Shown: positions 20,054-30,469 of the stretch, piece after piece | Layout of the letters: each line of letters begins with the position of its first letter | Position numbering within the stretch: position 1 is the first letter of the stretch | Assembly: GCF_003019035.1 (NCBI RefSeq) | Contig: NZ_CP027448.1 | Origin: Escherichia coli | GTDB taxonomy: Bacteria; Pseudomonadota; Gammaproteobacteria; Enterobacterales; Enterobacteriaceae | Reading direction: 5' to 3' (one strand) | Length of the DNA: 64,000 nt | Notes under the pieces: model-generated | The model's database searches: none | What the model was told of the DNA's origin: nothing | What the model saw: the letters and a program-made list of their open reading frames with translations, nothing else | Translations under genes and position numbers: made by a program

Positions 20054-20288
20054 TCAGACCGGTCATGCGGCTGTAATATATTTCAGACACCGAAATCCAT
20101 CCCACAATTGCCCCCACAAAAAACACAACAGAAACAGAAAAGGTAAGACTCAGAGAAACGACAATTTCTACAGGGCTGGCGGGATAAAAAAGCCCCTGAC
20201 GGATAAAGGGGATATTCAGGCTGACGATTATTCCCGTCACGATGCCGGATATTCCGGCAATGAGTAACACCACCTGCTTATTTCGCAC
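20007..20288 (-). CDS. trbJ: TrbJ
   Basis: 93-aa hydrophobic ORF between trbB and trbF; assigned by F gene order. Confidence 0.6.
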   Translation of the reverse strand: MRNKQVVLLIAGISGIVTGIIVSLNIPFIRQGLFYPASPVEIVVSLSLTFSVSVVFFVGAIVGWISVSEIYYSRMTGLNELSEISEGAYNERK

Positions 20289-20823
20289 CTTTTTTTCCTC
20301 CGTACATCTGCAAAACGGTATTCACCCGCGCCATAAAACCGGCGGCATCCGTTGCCCCCTGTAAAAGCGGTAATGCCTCAAGCGTGTTGACGTTGACCAG
20401 GAAGGTGGTCGGTGTGGCCACCGGGATATTCGGGAAGAAGGTCTGCATCACCTCCGGTGGCACCGGTAATGCTTCAGGAAAGGCCGTATCCCCCTGACCA
20501 TCCAGGGTGTAGGAAAAAACGGAAAAGCCGTACTGCTGTGCCAGCTGTTTCAGTACCGGGTCAAACTGGTGACAGTAAGGGCAATGCCCCTGCATAAACA
20601 GCACCACCTTCCAGTCGGCCAGGTTAACCTGCCTGCCATTACTGAGGCGGAACCAGCGGGGAGTCGGCTTTGCTGTCCTGGCTGACGTGCCTGCTGCCGG
20701 TTGTGCAGGCTGCGTAGCCATACCCTGCGGATTCCAGAGTCGCTCTATTTCATCCCGGGTGGAGGCCTGCACAGCAGCGGCGCTCAGCAACAGGGTGAAC
20801 AGCAGTGATTTAGTGAGAGACAT
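20278..20823 (-). CDS. trbB: TrbB periplasmic thiol-disulfide isomerase-like protein
   Basis: 181-aa ORF with signal peptide and CPYC thioredoxin motif; F order. Confidence 0.85.
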   Translation of the reverse strand: MSLTKSLLFTLLLSAAAVQASTRDEIERLWNPQGMATQPAQPAAGTSARTAKPTPRWFRLSNGRQVNLADWKVVLFMQGHCPYCHQFDPVLKQLAQQYGFSVFSYTLDGQGDTAFPEALPVPPEVMQTFFPNIPVATPTTFLVNVNTLEALPLLQGATDAAGFMARVNTVLQMYGGKKGAK

Positions 20824-21094
20824 GTCCGCCCTCCTGCTGCCCTTCCATCATGGCCTGTTGCCTGGCTTCCAGTGCCTCACGCTCTTCCCGGCTGACACGG
20901 GCAATCCATGCATCCAGCACCTGGTATGCGCCGAACAGTACGAGAATGGCCGCAATCAGCTCCGCCAGAAAAAAAGCCATCCAGGGTTTGCTGTAAACAA
21001 GACGGGCGACGATATGAAACCAGACACCCAGGGAAAATACCCACATTCCCGTAATATCAAGCCGGGGTAAAGAGAATCTGCGTTTACTTATCAT
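20810..21094 (-). CDS. traQ: TraQ pilin chaperone
   Basis: 94-aa membrane ORF at the F traQ position. Confidence 0.75.
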   Translation of the reverse strand: MISKRRFSLPRLDITGMWVFSLGVWFHIVARLVYSKPWMAFFLAELIAAILVLFGAYQVLDAWIARVSREEREALEARQQAMMEGQQEGGHVSH

Positions 21095-21174
21095 GTTAAA
21101 CTCCGGTTATTATTTACATGAGAGTATTCATGTCTGTAATATTCGCGTTTGTGTGATATTAATCAGAGGTACAA

Positions 21175-21489
21175 ATGGAAAAGCGATCTTTTAAAGAAAA
21201 ACTGGAAATAATCAGAAACATAATAAGAGAGTCGTTACTGGGAAATGCGGCAATTATTGCGCTGATATATGCAGCATCACATTCATTACCGGTCAATGCC
21301 TTCCCTGACTATCTTGTAATAACTTTATTAAGTATCGCAGCAGGCATCGTTGTATTATGGTTATTTTCAATTATCTATATTTATTTTTGTGAGCTATTCA
21401 GAAGCCACTGGATTGCGGTATGGTTTATCATATGGTCTTCAGTAATCAACCTCATTATTTTGTATGGTTTTTATGACCGTTTTATATGA
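21175..21489 (+). CDS. artA: ArtA-like ORF on the anti-tra strand
   Basis: 104-aa hydrophobic ORF on the strand opposite the tra operon between traQ and trbA, same size and location as F artA. Confidence 0.55.
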   Translation: MEKRSFKEKLEIIRNIIRESLLGNAAIIALIYAASHSLPVNAFPDYLVITLLSIAAGIVVLWLFSIIYIYFCELFRSHWIAVWFIIWSSVINLIILYGFYDRFI

Positions 21490-21490
21490 C

Positions 21491-21838
21491 TTAGCCTGTC
21501 ATAAGCCCCCTTATAAAAAACCACATCACTCCGGACCATACCGATGACAACACAATACAGATAAATATTCTTCTGAACCTGTCGAAGTTCGTAACGTCCG
21601 GTAATGCGGCCGCAACTATTGAAACAACCAGTGCTGCGCCCTGACTCATAATTGCACCACACAGAGACCAGAGACTGGCGGTAAGCACATATAAACACGC
21701 GATATTAATAACAAGGAAAACCAGTGAGCTCAAGAGAAACATTTTCCTGTCATTACGCTCAGAAAAGAAATAACCGGCAATAATGACAAATATTAACAGA
21801 ACAACACCTGTAAACATTTTCAAATAATCTTCACTCAT
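21491..21838 (-). CDS. trbA: TrbA
   Basis: 115-aa membrane ORF between traF and traQ; F order. Confidence 0.65.
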   Translation of the reverse strand: MSEDYLKMFTGVVLLIFVIIAGYFFSERNDRKMFLLSSLVFLVINIACLYVLTASLWSLCGAIMSQGAALVVSIVAAALPDVTNFDRFRRIFICIVLSSVWSGVMWFFIRGLMTG

Positions 21839-21853
21839 AAATCAAATCCGCGA

Positions 21854-22627
21854 TTAAAAATTGGGTTTAAAATCTTCAGAAACGTTCAGGAACTGTTTTG
21901 CCAGGTCGTCCTGCGAAATAAAGCCGTATGATAACGGGCGAACACTGCCCTGTTTCGGGTCAACCAGCATCATGGCCGGGAAATATTTCACGCCGAGGCG
22001 CTGCGCCTGCCCCTGGTCAGTCCGGGAATCCGGCAACAGCGGATTAATCACGCCATCCACGGAAACGGGAATAACACTCAGACCATACGTATCCCGGAAG
22101 CCATTAATGACCTGCGCCAGTTGCCCGTCGATGGGGTCCTGCCCCCGGTAAAAAAACATGATGCCGTAGTGTTCAGCCAGTTTCGCAATGGCCTGTCGCT
22201 GCTGCGCCTGGTCTGCTGCCAGCTGGTTCCGTACCGTGCCGTTGTAATGGCTGTACTGCAGGTTATAGTCCAGTTCAGGATGTGCCAGCATGGCCTTTCT
22301 GGCGCTCATGGTGAAAAGCCCGGCCTGCTGAGTCCAGTAATTTTGCAGCCGGAAATATTTCACAAAATTATCCACGCCGGGATACAGAATGGCTTCGTAC
22401 AGCGCCCGCTTTGTTGCCGTCTGCAGTGCGGCCAGTTTCTGCATAATATCCGGTTCCTGACGGGGGGCTGCAGGTACAGGTTTATTTTCTTTTTCCTTCG
22501 GATTTATTTTCTCGTTATACCACTGCCAGCCTGCATCTTTTCCTGACGCCGGAAAAATAAAGCAGCAGAGTAACAGTGGCAGTAATGCTTTATTCATCTT
22601 CATTCCTTTCATCACTTTTTCTTTCAT
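21854..22627 (-). CDS. traF: TraF pilus assembly (thioredoxin-fold) protein
   Basis: 257-aa ORF with signal peptide; size and position of F TraF. Confidence 0.9.
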   Translation of the reverse strand: MKEKVMKGMKMNKALLPLLLCCFIFPASGKDAGWQWYNEKINPKEKENKPVPAAPRQEPDIMQKLAALQTATKRALYEAILYPGVDNFVKYFRLQNYWTQQAGLFTMSARKAMLAHPELDYNLQYSHYNGTVRNQLAADQAQQRQAIAKLAEHYGIMFFYRGQDPIDGQLAQVINGFRDTYGLSVIPVSVDGVINPLLPDSRTDQGQAQRLGVKYFPAMMLVDPKQGSVRPLSYGFISQDDLAKQFLNVSEDFKPNF

Positions 22628-22850
22628 CAGGTTTCTGCAGGTCAGTCAGGGCAGAAAAACAAAAATACAGAATAAACAGGAGCACACCGGAGTAAAGGAT
22701 AACGAAAGCAGCGGCAAGCATCCCGTCTGCCGTGGTTTCTTTTACCGTATCCCACGACCAGATAATTACCGGAGAAATGACAATCGCTGTAATCAAAAGC
22801 CGGATAAGAAAATCAATAAAACGGTTCGACGTGAATATGACTTTCATCAT
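22590..22850 (-). CDS. trbE: TrbE
   Basis: 86-aa membrane ORF between traN and traF; F order. Confidence 0.6.
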   Translation of the reverse strand: MMKVIFTSNRFIDFLIRLLITAIVISPVIIWSWDTVKETTADGMLAAAFVILYSGVLLFILYFCFSALTDLQKPDERKSDERNEDE

Positions 22851-22873
22851 TTCCCCCGGTTATTTCCCATACC

Positions 22874-24682
22874 TTACTGTCCTGCCTGTTTCAGCTGGTC
22901 AGCAATCTGCTCTTTCACTTTCTGCGTCAGAACGCCACTGTCCGGGATTTTCTGGTTATTCATCAGGTCTTCGTAGAAGTTAGTGAAATCCAGTCTGTTG
23001 AACTGAATTTTCTGCAGCTCATCAACCGTAATCCCCCGACAGTCAGGATGCTTCGCTCTGCCAAAACTGATACGCAACTGACCGTTGCGCCCCTGCTGCT
23101 GGACTATCTGCGCCAGCTTCGAATCAAACTGACAGTAGCTGCGTTTTTTCTCCAGACAGACGCCCAGCACTTTCTTCGAACAGAACTCCCCGACGCTGAC
23201 GGTCAGTTTGTTTGATTTTGCTTTAGCCAGGGCTTTTTCATCACTGCTGCATTTGGCCAGCCCGATATCCTGTCCCCAGCCGCTGTCCTTACAGCAGTTG
23301 CTGTATCCGGCTGCAGCCTTCTTACAAAATTTCGCCTGACCGGTGAAAGCACGGACATCCACCCCGTTCAGCGCCGCAACATCCTTACCTGCAGCGGCCA
23401 GTGCTGCCAGCTGAGAAACAGCTTCAGCAAAATCATTACTCTTCCCGCCCTGAGCCTTATCGCATTCGCCATCGAGACAGAAGACGTCTCCCCCACAGAC
23501 CATCACTTTCCCTGATGTTTTTGACTCGCAGGAGTAGGTGGCATATTCATGCAGACAGGCACCTTCTTCGGAGTAAAAGGCGCACTGGTGTGACACCAGG
23601 GTACAGGCAGGATTGTCGGTGTAGGTCTGACAAGTTCCCTTGTCTGCTGACTGCGTGACATACGTGTCCCGGTATGCCCAGCAGCTCTGGTACATGCTGT
23701 ATGACTGACCATCTTTCACCAGCGTCCTGTTCCCGCCAGCCTCCGTACATTCTGTTTTTGTCAGTTTCCCCAGCTCCTTGCTGAACGGGCAGCTTTCAGA
23801 CCAGACAACATACGGGGTGTACGAGGCTTTTTTTACCCTGACAACCAGACGCAGCTTCATTGCCGTATGACGTTTGAATTTTGTATTCCCGACCCGGACG
23901 GGGTGAGATGACGTAAAAGCCACACCGGCAGTCAGTGTTTTCTGTACTGGTGTAAATGAGGCATCTGCTGAGTATTTGGCATTCCAGCTCAGTGGGGTTC
24001 CCAGTACTGTAATTGTCATAGGTACACTCTTCTGCAAGTAAGTACGACTCCAGCTGTAATGCGCATCGACAATTTCACCGGTAACGGGAGAGGTAATGGA
24101 GACAACATACTGACCATTCACTTCACGTGCAGGTAGCTGACTCATTTCATACTCCAGCGTCCGGGTTTCCCATGTGGTACTCCCCTGCAGCTTCATACGG
24201 GCAGTTCGTGTGCAGTACTGCTCCACCTGTAAATCCCGCTCACAGGTGTAATTCGTGTATTCACTCCTGCTAATCTCCTGCGCACTGCACTGCTGCCCGG
24301 TGTTTCCCACAATGCTGTCAGCCCGGTTCACCACATCCCTGCCGGTCTGGATAAACGGTGCATCCGGTGAAAGAATGTCTTTCGGCTTGTTCATGAATGA
24401 TTCTGTAATGGTTTTTCCGGTTTCACCGGTCGCCCATTCCGTGGTGCCGTCATTTTTCAGGCCGCCATCCCCGCCGGCAGTCACGCCACCGTAATATTTT
24501 GTCTCGTCCGGATTCGCGTTATAGCCGGGGATACTCTCCTGTGGCTTAAAGCCCTGAATACTGCTGCTTCCCTGCCCTTTGATCTGGTGAGCAAAATCAG
24601 AACCGGCCCGGTAATCACTGTTGCTGTCAGCCTGTGCCATGCCGGCAACCAGAGCCAGTATCAGAGGTAAAATACGTTTCAT
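22874..24682 (-). CDS. traN: TraN mating-pair stabilisation outer-membrane protein
   Basis: 602-aa Cys-rich ORF with signal peptide, as F TraN. Confidence 0.95.
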   Translation of the reverse strand: MKRILPLILALVAGMAQADSNSDYRAGSDFAHQIKGQGSSSIQGFKPQESIPGYNANPDETKYYGGVTAGGDGGLKNDGTTEWATGETGKTITESFMNKPKDILSPDAPFIQTGRDVVNRADSIVGNTGQQCSAQEISRSEYTNYTCERDLQVEQYCTRTARMKLQGSTTWETRTLEYEMSQLPAREVNGQYVVSITSPVTGEIVDAHYSWSRTYLQKSVPMTITVLGTPLSWNAKYSADASFTPVQKTLTAGVAFTSSHPVRVGNTKFKRHTAMKLRLVVRVKKASYTPYVVWSESCPFSKELGKLTKTECTEAGGNRTLVKDGQSYSMYQSCWAYRDTYVTQSADKGTCQTYTDNPACTLVSHQCAFYSEEGACLHEYATYSCESKTSGKVMVCGGDVFCLDGECDKAQGGKSNDFAEAVSQLAALAAAGKDVAALNGVDVRAFTGQAKFCKKAAAGYSNCCKDSGWGQDIGLAKCSSDEKALAKAKSNKLTVSVGEFCSKKVLGVCLEKKRSYCQFDSKLAQIVQQQGRNGQLRISFGRAKHPDCRGITVDELQKIQFNRLDFTNFYEDLMNNQKIPDSGVLTQKVKEQIADQLKQAGQ

Positions 24683-25320
24683 TTCCCGGCATCTCCTTTC
24701 CCTGCCAGTAAATCATGAGCCACCTGCCGGCAGTCACCCGTGGCGGCCACTTTCTCCAGCGCCTGGCCGACCCGCAGGTTTCCCCGGATGATGTCGTATC
24801 CCTGACTGCAGAACACCACCAGTGCCGGTACAGTGCGAATGCCGTACTGTGAAAACAGCGTCGGGTCGATCTGAACACCATCAGTCGCGCCGTCTTTCAC
24901 CAGGGACAACACAGCTTCAGCGGTGGTCTTCAGGTCATTGTTCACCATGCCCCGCAGTGTGGCCGGAATACCGTAGTGCCGGGTTTCGCCCAGCATTCGT
25001 TTCAGCCCCTCTTCGGGAATGGAAAACGACACAAAATACAGAGCACCCTGCCGGGGTTTCCCGTCCTGCGAAGCCTGCTGTTTACGAACCAGCTCATCCA
25101 GGAAATGGTTATCTGAACGCTGAAGGGGGTTTTCCAGCACCTGTTTCTCCGCCCAGGCTTTCAGCTGATGGTCAGGTTTTTCACGCAGTTGTCTGCTTAA
25201 ATTTTCCTGCTGCTTCAGGAACTGGCGGTTTTCAGGAGTGTTCACGTTTTCTGACGCCATAACCGCCCCGTTCAGCATCATCAGCAGTGCTGCCAGAGAT
25301 TTCATACTCAGCTTCATCAT
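24679..25320 (-). CDS. trbC: TrbC pilus assembly protein
   Basis: 213-aa ORF with signal peptide between traU and traN. Confidence 0.9.
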   Translation of the reverse strand: MMKLSMKSLAALLMMLNGAVMASENVNTPENRQFLKQQENLSRQLREKPDHQLKAWAEKQVLENPLQRSDNHFLDELVRKQQASQDGKPRQGALYFVSFSIPEEGLKRMLGETRHYGIPATLRGMVNNDLKTTAEAVLSLVKDGATDGVQIDPTLFSQYGIRTVPALVVFCSQGYDIIRGNLRVGQALEKVAATGDCRQVAHDLLAGKGDAGK

Positions 25321-25325
25321 TCACC

Positions 25326-26318
25326 TCACAGGAAGACACAGTTACGTTTACGCCACATCAGGTAGCCGAAGTTTTTCTTTGTGTTGGGCGGATTTTTCCC
25401 GGTTTCCCAGCGGGTCACGCTGCGCCCGAACGGGTGGCACTGCCCGCTGTCCGGATACATATTCACCATCTGGTAACGCCAGCGTTCTTTGGGCAGGATT
25501 GGGGACGGATATTCATTACAGACGGCGTTATTTTTCCCGATGGTTTCCATAATCATGCCCTGACGGTGCAGCTTGAACGCCATGCGTTCACTGACCAGCA
25601 GGGAGGACTGCAACGGACTGGACTCATTACTCACCCAGCCATTGAACGGGTACATACTTCCCTGCGAACCGGCACACCAGAACAGAACATCGAGAGGCAT
25701 ATTAAAGGCGCTGGCAATCGCATCTGCTGCGCAGGCTCCCTGTGCTATCGGATTGGCAAAGATGACAGCTTCCGGATTGAGAATGGTGGTCAGGCTGCTG
25801 TCCGTCCAGGTGGGGTCAATTTCAGAAAGATAAGCGATATCCAGGTCACCACCTTCCAGACAGCCCAGCGATGTGATGATGTTCAGCCAGTACGTCAGCG
25901 GGTATTTGTACCAGTGAACGTGATAGAACGCCCCATTTACCTGCTTCTCATCCTTTTTCGCCGTTCCCTGTGCCGTTTTACCAAAAGCCGGCAGGCTGAA
26001 GCCCAGGTTCACCATGCATCCCGGTGACCGGGTGACGTCCGTCAACGCCATCGGCTCCCAGTAACCAATGGCCAGCCCGATACGCCTGAACAGCGGCGGC
26101 GGTGCCGGACAAATCTGAATGGGCATCGACGGGTTCGCCGTGTCGGGGACCTTACCCTGACTGACTTTGATACTGCCCAGCGAGAGCGGGAAAATACAGC
26201 TCCAGCAGATATCTGTGATCGGGTTTACAAAACGCCCCTCACAGGCAGAATCCGCAGACGCCGCAGGGACATGACCGGCGAAAAGGAATAACATCAGCAG
26301 CCACAGCCTTCGCTTCAT
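25326..26318 (-). CDS. traU: TraU pilus assembly protein
   Basis: 330-aa ORF with signal peptide; F order and size. Confidence 0.95.
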   Translation of the reverse strand: MKRRLWLLMLFLFAGHVPAASADSACEGRFVNPITDICWSCIFPLSLGSIKVSQGKVPDTANPSMPIQICPAPPPLFRRIGLAIGYWEPMALTDVTRSPGCMVNLGFSLPAFGKTAQGTAKKDEKQVNGAFYHVHWYKYPLTYWLNIITSLGCLEGGDLDIAYLSEIDPTWTDSSLTTILNPEAVIFANPIAQGACAADAIASAFNMPLDVLFWCAGSQGSMYPFNGWVSNESSPLQSSLLVSERMAFKLHRQGMIMETIGKNNAVCNEYPSPILPKERWRYQMVNMYPDSGQCHPFGRSVTRWETGKNPPNTKKNFGYLMWRKRNCVFL

Positions 26319-26947
26319 TTTCTGCCCTCCTCTGCCGGAATAAATTCCACCTTCAGGAAGCGATCGCCGGGAACGGCGTTCACCCGTGCCGGGACCTGAT
26401 CAATGCCGAGGCGCTGGCAGAGCACACCGTTCTGGTCAAAGTAAACACGGCTGTCCAGAGACTTCTGCATCTCCGGGATACTGCCCTGCACGAGGATAAT
26501 TTTGCTCTCCAGTGTGGGCGGCGTCTGGCGTTTCATCCAGGCCACCTGCGCCGGATCATCGCCATTGATGAAATACAGCGTCTGGTTAAAAGGAACATAC
26601 TGCAGCGGATTCATCACTTCACCCTGACGGGCAAACACCCGCCCTTCGTTATCCCGGATATCCGCAGCCAGTCTGACGGACGGGTCAAACAACCGGCTGC
26701 CGTATTTCTCCGTGCGTCCGATACCGGGCACGGCAGGGGGCCGCAGACTGTTGCGGATCACCCGCTCCTTAAAGGCATCCATTTTCCGGCCCATCTCACC
26801 GGACTGCTCCAGTGCCGTCAGGCGCTGCATGATCACCGTCAGCATGTCCGGCTCCTTTACCGGCCACAGATCGCCCCAGGTACCAAGATCGGCGGCGGCC
26901 ACACTCTGCCCCCATATCAGCAGGGCAATCAACCCCCGGCATCTCAT
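26315..26947 (-). CDS. traW: TraW pilus assembly protein
   Basis: ORF 26315..27061; likely start at the internal Met (MRCRGLIALLIWG, signal peptide) giving about 210 aa as in F. Confidence 0.85.
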   Translation of the reverse strand: MRCRGLIALLIWGQSVAAADLGTWGDLWPVKEPDMLTVIMQRLTALEQSGEMGRKMDAFKERVIRNSLRPPAVPGIGRTEKYGSRLFDPSVRLAADIRDNEGRVFARQGEVMNPLQYVPFNQTLYFINGDDPAQVAWMKRQTPPTLESKIILVQGSIPEMQKSLDSRVYFDQNGVLCQRLGIDQVPARVNAVPGDRFLKVEFIPAEEGRK

Positions 26948-27330
26948 GGTTCCGCCCTCATTCGCCGGGCAATATCCTGCTGGATTTCCCGGGTGATATC
27001 CGGTGCCCCCTGTACCACAGCAGGCGACACCAGAATGACCGCGTGGTGTTTCTGCTGCCACGCCTGCAGGCTGGCTTCCAGTGCCGTGTTAAAACGCGCT
27101 GAAAGAGCTTTTGACTGCGCTTCTGACAGTTGTTTCTGACTGGCGCTGTCAAAAAACGCATCCACGGTCTGTTTCATGTTGAAGGCGACAGTCACCGGTG
27201 CGTTCAGTCTGACAATGCCGTAACTGACGGCTGCGTTCAGTAACACCATTGCCAGGCATCCCGGCACCGTCCACCACCAGTGGCTGCGTCGTTCTGCCGT
27301 GACGTCGGCGGGTTTCTGCGTTGAACTCAT
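26944..27330 (-). CDS. trbI: TrbI
   Basis: 128-aa ORF between traC and traW; F order. Confidence 0.8.
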   Translation of the reverse strand: MSSTQKPADVTAERRSHWWWTVPGCLAMVLLNAAVSYGIVRLNAPVTVAFNMKQTVDAFFDSASQKQLSEAQSKALSARFNTALEASLQAWQQKHHAVILVSPAVVQGAPDITREIQQDIARRMRAEP

Positions 27331-29954
27331 GCCACACTCCTGTATTTCTCATGTTCTTCCAGCCAGGCTTCCAGCGAAGCCATTTCCGGCCCTGACTTCT
27401 TCCACGCCAGCTGCCACACTGCCTCATGAATACTCAGCCCCTCTTTACGCTTCTGCTGCACAAACTCAAAATCCGGGCCGTCAGAGCTGTACATGGCGCG
27501 GCTTAACGGGTCCACAAACAGACGGTGCCAGGAGGAATGGTTTTCCACCTGCAGCAGGAAGGAACTGAACCACTGGTCTTTGGCCGCACCAAACTTACCA
27601 ATCATGTCACGCTGCAGTGGCAGGAACTGGTCCGGATACAGTTGGTTGTATTTCGCGAACTCCTTCGCACTCTGTTTGAGGATAATTTTGTAGGAGGAGT
27701 TACCCCATGCCGCGCGGGCAGCACTGGAGGCCTTATCAGAGTCAAAGTCGACGATGTTCTGTGTGATGGTGATATAGGCACCGGTATGACGGCGGGCCGT
27801 ACGGTAGCCTTTCTCAATAAATTCACCGACCTTGTGATTTTTGAAGTCCAGCAGACGCCAGCCTTCATCAATAACGTTCAGTTTCTTGAGGTTACGCGGC
27901 GTGCGGTACATCCTGTTCTCGATGTAGATAATCAGGGAGAACATCACCGCAACCAGCAGTGACGGACGGTCTTCCAGTCCGCCCAGCTCCAGCACCACCA
28001 TTTTTGCGTCATCCCTCAGGGACGGCTCATCAGAGTTAAAATACTGGCCGTAAGTGCCGTTGGCAGTGTACTGGTCAAGCAGCACAATCATTTCGTCCAG
28101 ACGGCTGCGTATAGTTGGTGACTCGGCATACTGCTCGCTGTCACTGGCGTTTTTCAGGAAATCCACCACGTCATCAATACGTGCTCTGTTCTCTTTGGCC
28201 AGCCAGGAGGCTCTGACCGCCTGCAACAGCAGACCTTCATGCACTTCATCCAGGTTACCGTTGGGGCTGGCCATCACTGACAACTGGTCACGGACACGCT
28301 CCGCTGACTGGTCAATATCGGTGATGTTCGCAAACGGGTTAAAACGCAGGGTTTCACCGTCCAGATACACCCCGCCCATGTTCTCACACAGGGACTTGTA
28401 TCCATCCCCCATGTCGAACACCACGGCAAAGCCTCCGGAGTCCAGCACGCTGCGGATAAGTGGCTGTATCAGCCCGGTTTTACCGGCCCCGGAGGTGCCA
28501 CAGACCGCCATGTTGTAGTTGGTGTTATTCATCCCCCGGAAGAAAATATCGATAAACGCCAGCTGGTTACGGTAGGTGGGTGCCAGCAGACCTGCCGGTG
28601 TCAGGGGGTTATCCGCCACTAACGGCATCAGGTTGGCAACATTAAAGCTCTCTGCGCGCTGAACCACTCCGGCCTCTTTCAGCTGTTTAAACAGCCCTTT
28701 CCCGGCCATAAAGGGCAGGCAGGTCAGGAAATTGCGCATGTGGTTAAAGCGCGGTGAAATCAGCTCAAAACCGTTTTTACGAAAGCTGTTCAGGATGTCC
28801 TGCTCCACTTCCAGCGCCGTTTCATTATTGTCCTTGCAGAATGCTGTGATGTTGAGGAAGTAGGACACCACGGAGGACTGACCGGAGCCCAGCCGCTGAC
28901 GCAGTTCCCCCCACTCCTTCGCCTCTTTCTCCACGGACGGAAACCATTTGGCATAGGAGGTCTTCGACTTTTTCTCCAGGTCCATGTACTTCAGGTTGGC
29001 TTCGCTGTGGGTTTTCACCTGGTCTTCCACCACCAGAGTCAGCGTCAGGATGAACGGACAGGAGATGGACAGTTCCGGGTTCAGCAGGTTGCTGTAGTTG
29101 TCGGCCATGTTCCACAGGAAAGCGATTTCCGGGTTACGGGCCAGATGGAAATTCAGGATGCGGGCCGTGCTGTTCCTGCCGTTCTCACGCAGGCCCAGCG
29201 TCAGGTAATCAGCCCGGACTTTCAGATCAAAACTGTCCTCCACACACTGATAATTCAGATCAGAATACGGGTCCAGCTGACGTCTTTTCGGGTACAGGGA
29301 GTCCGGGTTATGGTTAATCATCTCCCCGACAATATCGATAAAGACCTGTGCATCCACCGTCTGTGTGGTGATACTGGCCCCCTGTAACGACGCCCGGATG
29401 ATTTTCACCAGGTTTTCCATTTCCAGAATGTCGGCCCGGCTTTTTTTCTTCGAAGGAGAACAGTACGAGATAAACACCCGGTAATGGCGCAGGGTCAGGG
29501 GCAGATTCATCCCCTCCGGCAGCGGAAACTGTGTCGCTGCCGCTTTCATATAATAGGCCCGGGTAATGGCGTTAAACCGTTCAGCCTGTTCACCTGACCA
29601 GGAGAACTCACGCAGCCCGTATTCAATCCTGTCACCAACCAGCTGACTGGACATCAGATGGATACACAACGGAATACCGCGCGGCAGTTTGGTGCGCAGC
29701 ATGTGATCGAGGGCCTCCACAATGGACTCATTCGCCCCATTGATGGGAATGGCTTCCAGCATAAAGCCCATCGTGGTGTCATTCATGAACAGACCGGATT
29801 CCTGGTTGTAATCACGGTACGGCAGCAGACGGCTGAACTGCGGGAAGCTCATTTCGCCCAGAACTTCATTGGCCTTTGCGGATTCGTCAGGCAGTTTCAG
29901 TGCTGTGACGAGGGAGTTAACCGCCTGAGTGACGGCCTCAAGTGGGTTATTCAC
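27327..29954 (-). CDS. traC: TraC VirB4-like conjugation ATPase
   Basis: 875-aa ORF with Walker A GTSGAGKTG; size and position of F TraC. Confidence 0.97.
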   Translation of the reverse strand: MNNPLEAVTQAVNSLVTALKLPDESAKANEVLGEMSFPQFSRLLPYRDYNQESGLFMNDTTMGFMLEAIPINGANESIVEALDHMLRTKLPRGIPLCIHLMSSQLVGDRIEYGLREFSWSGEQAERFNAITRAYYMKAAATQFPLPEGMNLPLTLRHYRVFISYCSPSKKKSRADILEMENLVKIIRASLQGASITTQTVDAQVFIDIVGEMINHNPDSLYPKRRQLDPYSDLNYQCVEDSFDLKVRADYLTLGLRENGRNSTARILNFHLARNPEIAFLWNMADNYSNLLNPELSISCPFILTLTLVVEDQVKTHSEANLKYMDLEKKSKTSYAKWFPSVEKEAKEWGELRQRLGSGQSSVVSYFLNITAFCKDNNETALEVEQDILNSFRKNGFELISPRFNHMRNFLTCLPFMAGKGLFKQLKEAGVVQRAESFNVANLMPLVADNPLTPAGLLAPTYRNQLAFIDIFFRGMNNTNYNMAVCGTSGAGKTGLIQPLIRSVLDSGGFAVVFDMGDGYKSLCENMGGVYLDGETLRFNPFANITDIDQSAERVRDQLSVMASPNGNLDEVHEGLLLQAVRASWLAKENRARIDDVVDFLKNASDSEQYAESPTIRSRLDEMIVLLDQYTANGTYGQYFNSDEPSLRDDAKMVVLELGGLEDRPSLLVAVMFSLIIYIENRMYRTPRNLKKLNVIDEGWRLLDFKNHKVGEFIEKGYRTARRHTGAYITITQNIVDFDSDKASSAARAAWGNSSYKIILKQSAKEFAKYNQLYPDQFLPLQRDMIGKFGAAKDQWFSSFLLQVENHSSWHRLFVDPLSRAMYSSDGPDFEFVQQKRKEGLSIHEAVWQLAWKKSGPEMASLEAWLEEHEKYRSVA

Positions 29955-30113
29955 ATGAATTCCTTAGTTGAAAAATAAAGCGAGAAATGCGGTAGCCATG
30001 AAGGGAATACCTGTAATTAACGCACCATTTCCCGGCGCATATACAAAGATTTCTGTTTTCTGAATATCCACTCATGTTCATCCGGAATTAAATCACTATG
30101 TTCTGCGACTGAC

Positions 30114-30335
30114 TTATGCATAATGTTTTCTCTGTCTTTCCTGATACGCCTGACATTCAACGCACAACGTCACACCGGGAAATATTTTCCGCCGGGCTTC
30201 CGGAATAGGATTTCCGCATGCTTCACAGAGATAAACAGGAATACCATGAGCATTTATTTTCTGGCGTATCCGGTTTATTCCTGTCATGCTCAGTTGTTCT
30301 GTCACTGAATATGCTTCATCGGCTTCATCACTCAC
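30114..30335 (-). CDS. traR: TraR (DksA/TraR-family C4 zinc finger)
   Basis: 73-aa ORF with CEACGNPIPEARRKIFPGVTLCVECQ zinc-finger pattern. Confidence 0.85.
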   Translation of the reverse strand: MSDEADEAYSVTEQLSMTGINRIRQKINAHGIPVYLCEACGNPIPEARRKIFPGVTLCVECQAYQERQRKHYA

Positions 30336-30469
30336 GGAATATTCCTCCCGACATGTTCTGACACGCTACCGCCCATCCCTTTTCACGCACAGGGCACTCG
30401 TTTTACAGGCAGATTTTGAATACAGAAAGCCCGCCGGCATTGCCGGCTGATATACAACTTCAGGGCCAG

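Noticed and set aside
25287-26027. 246-aa plus-strand ORF (and similar antisense ORFs at 32111..32791, 22121..22546, 28054..28518)
   Set aside because: Antisense to traU, traB, traF and traC respectively; no independent support.
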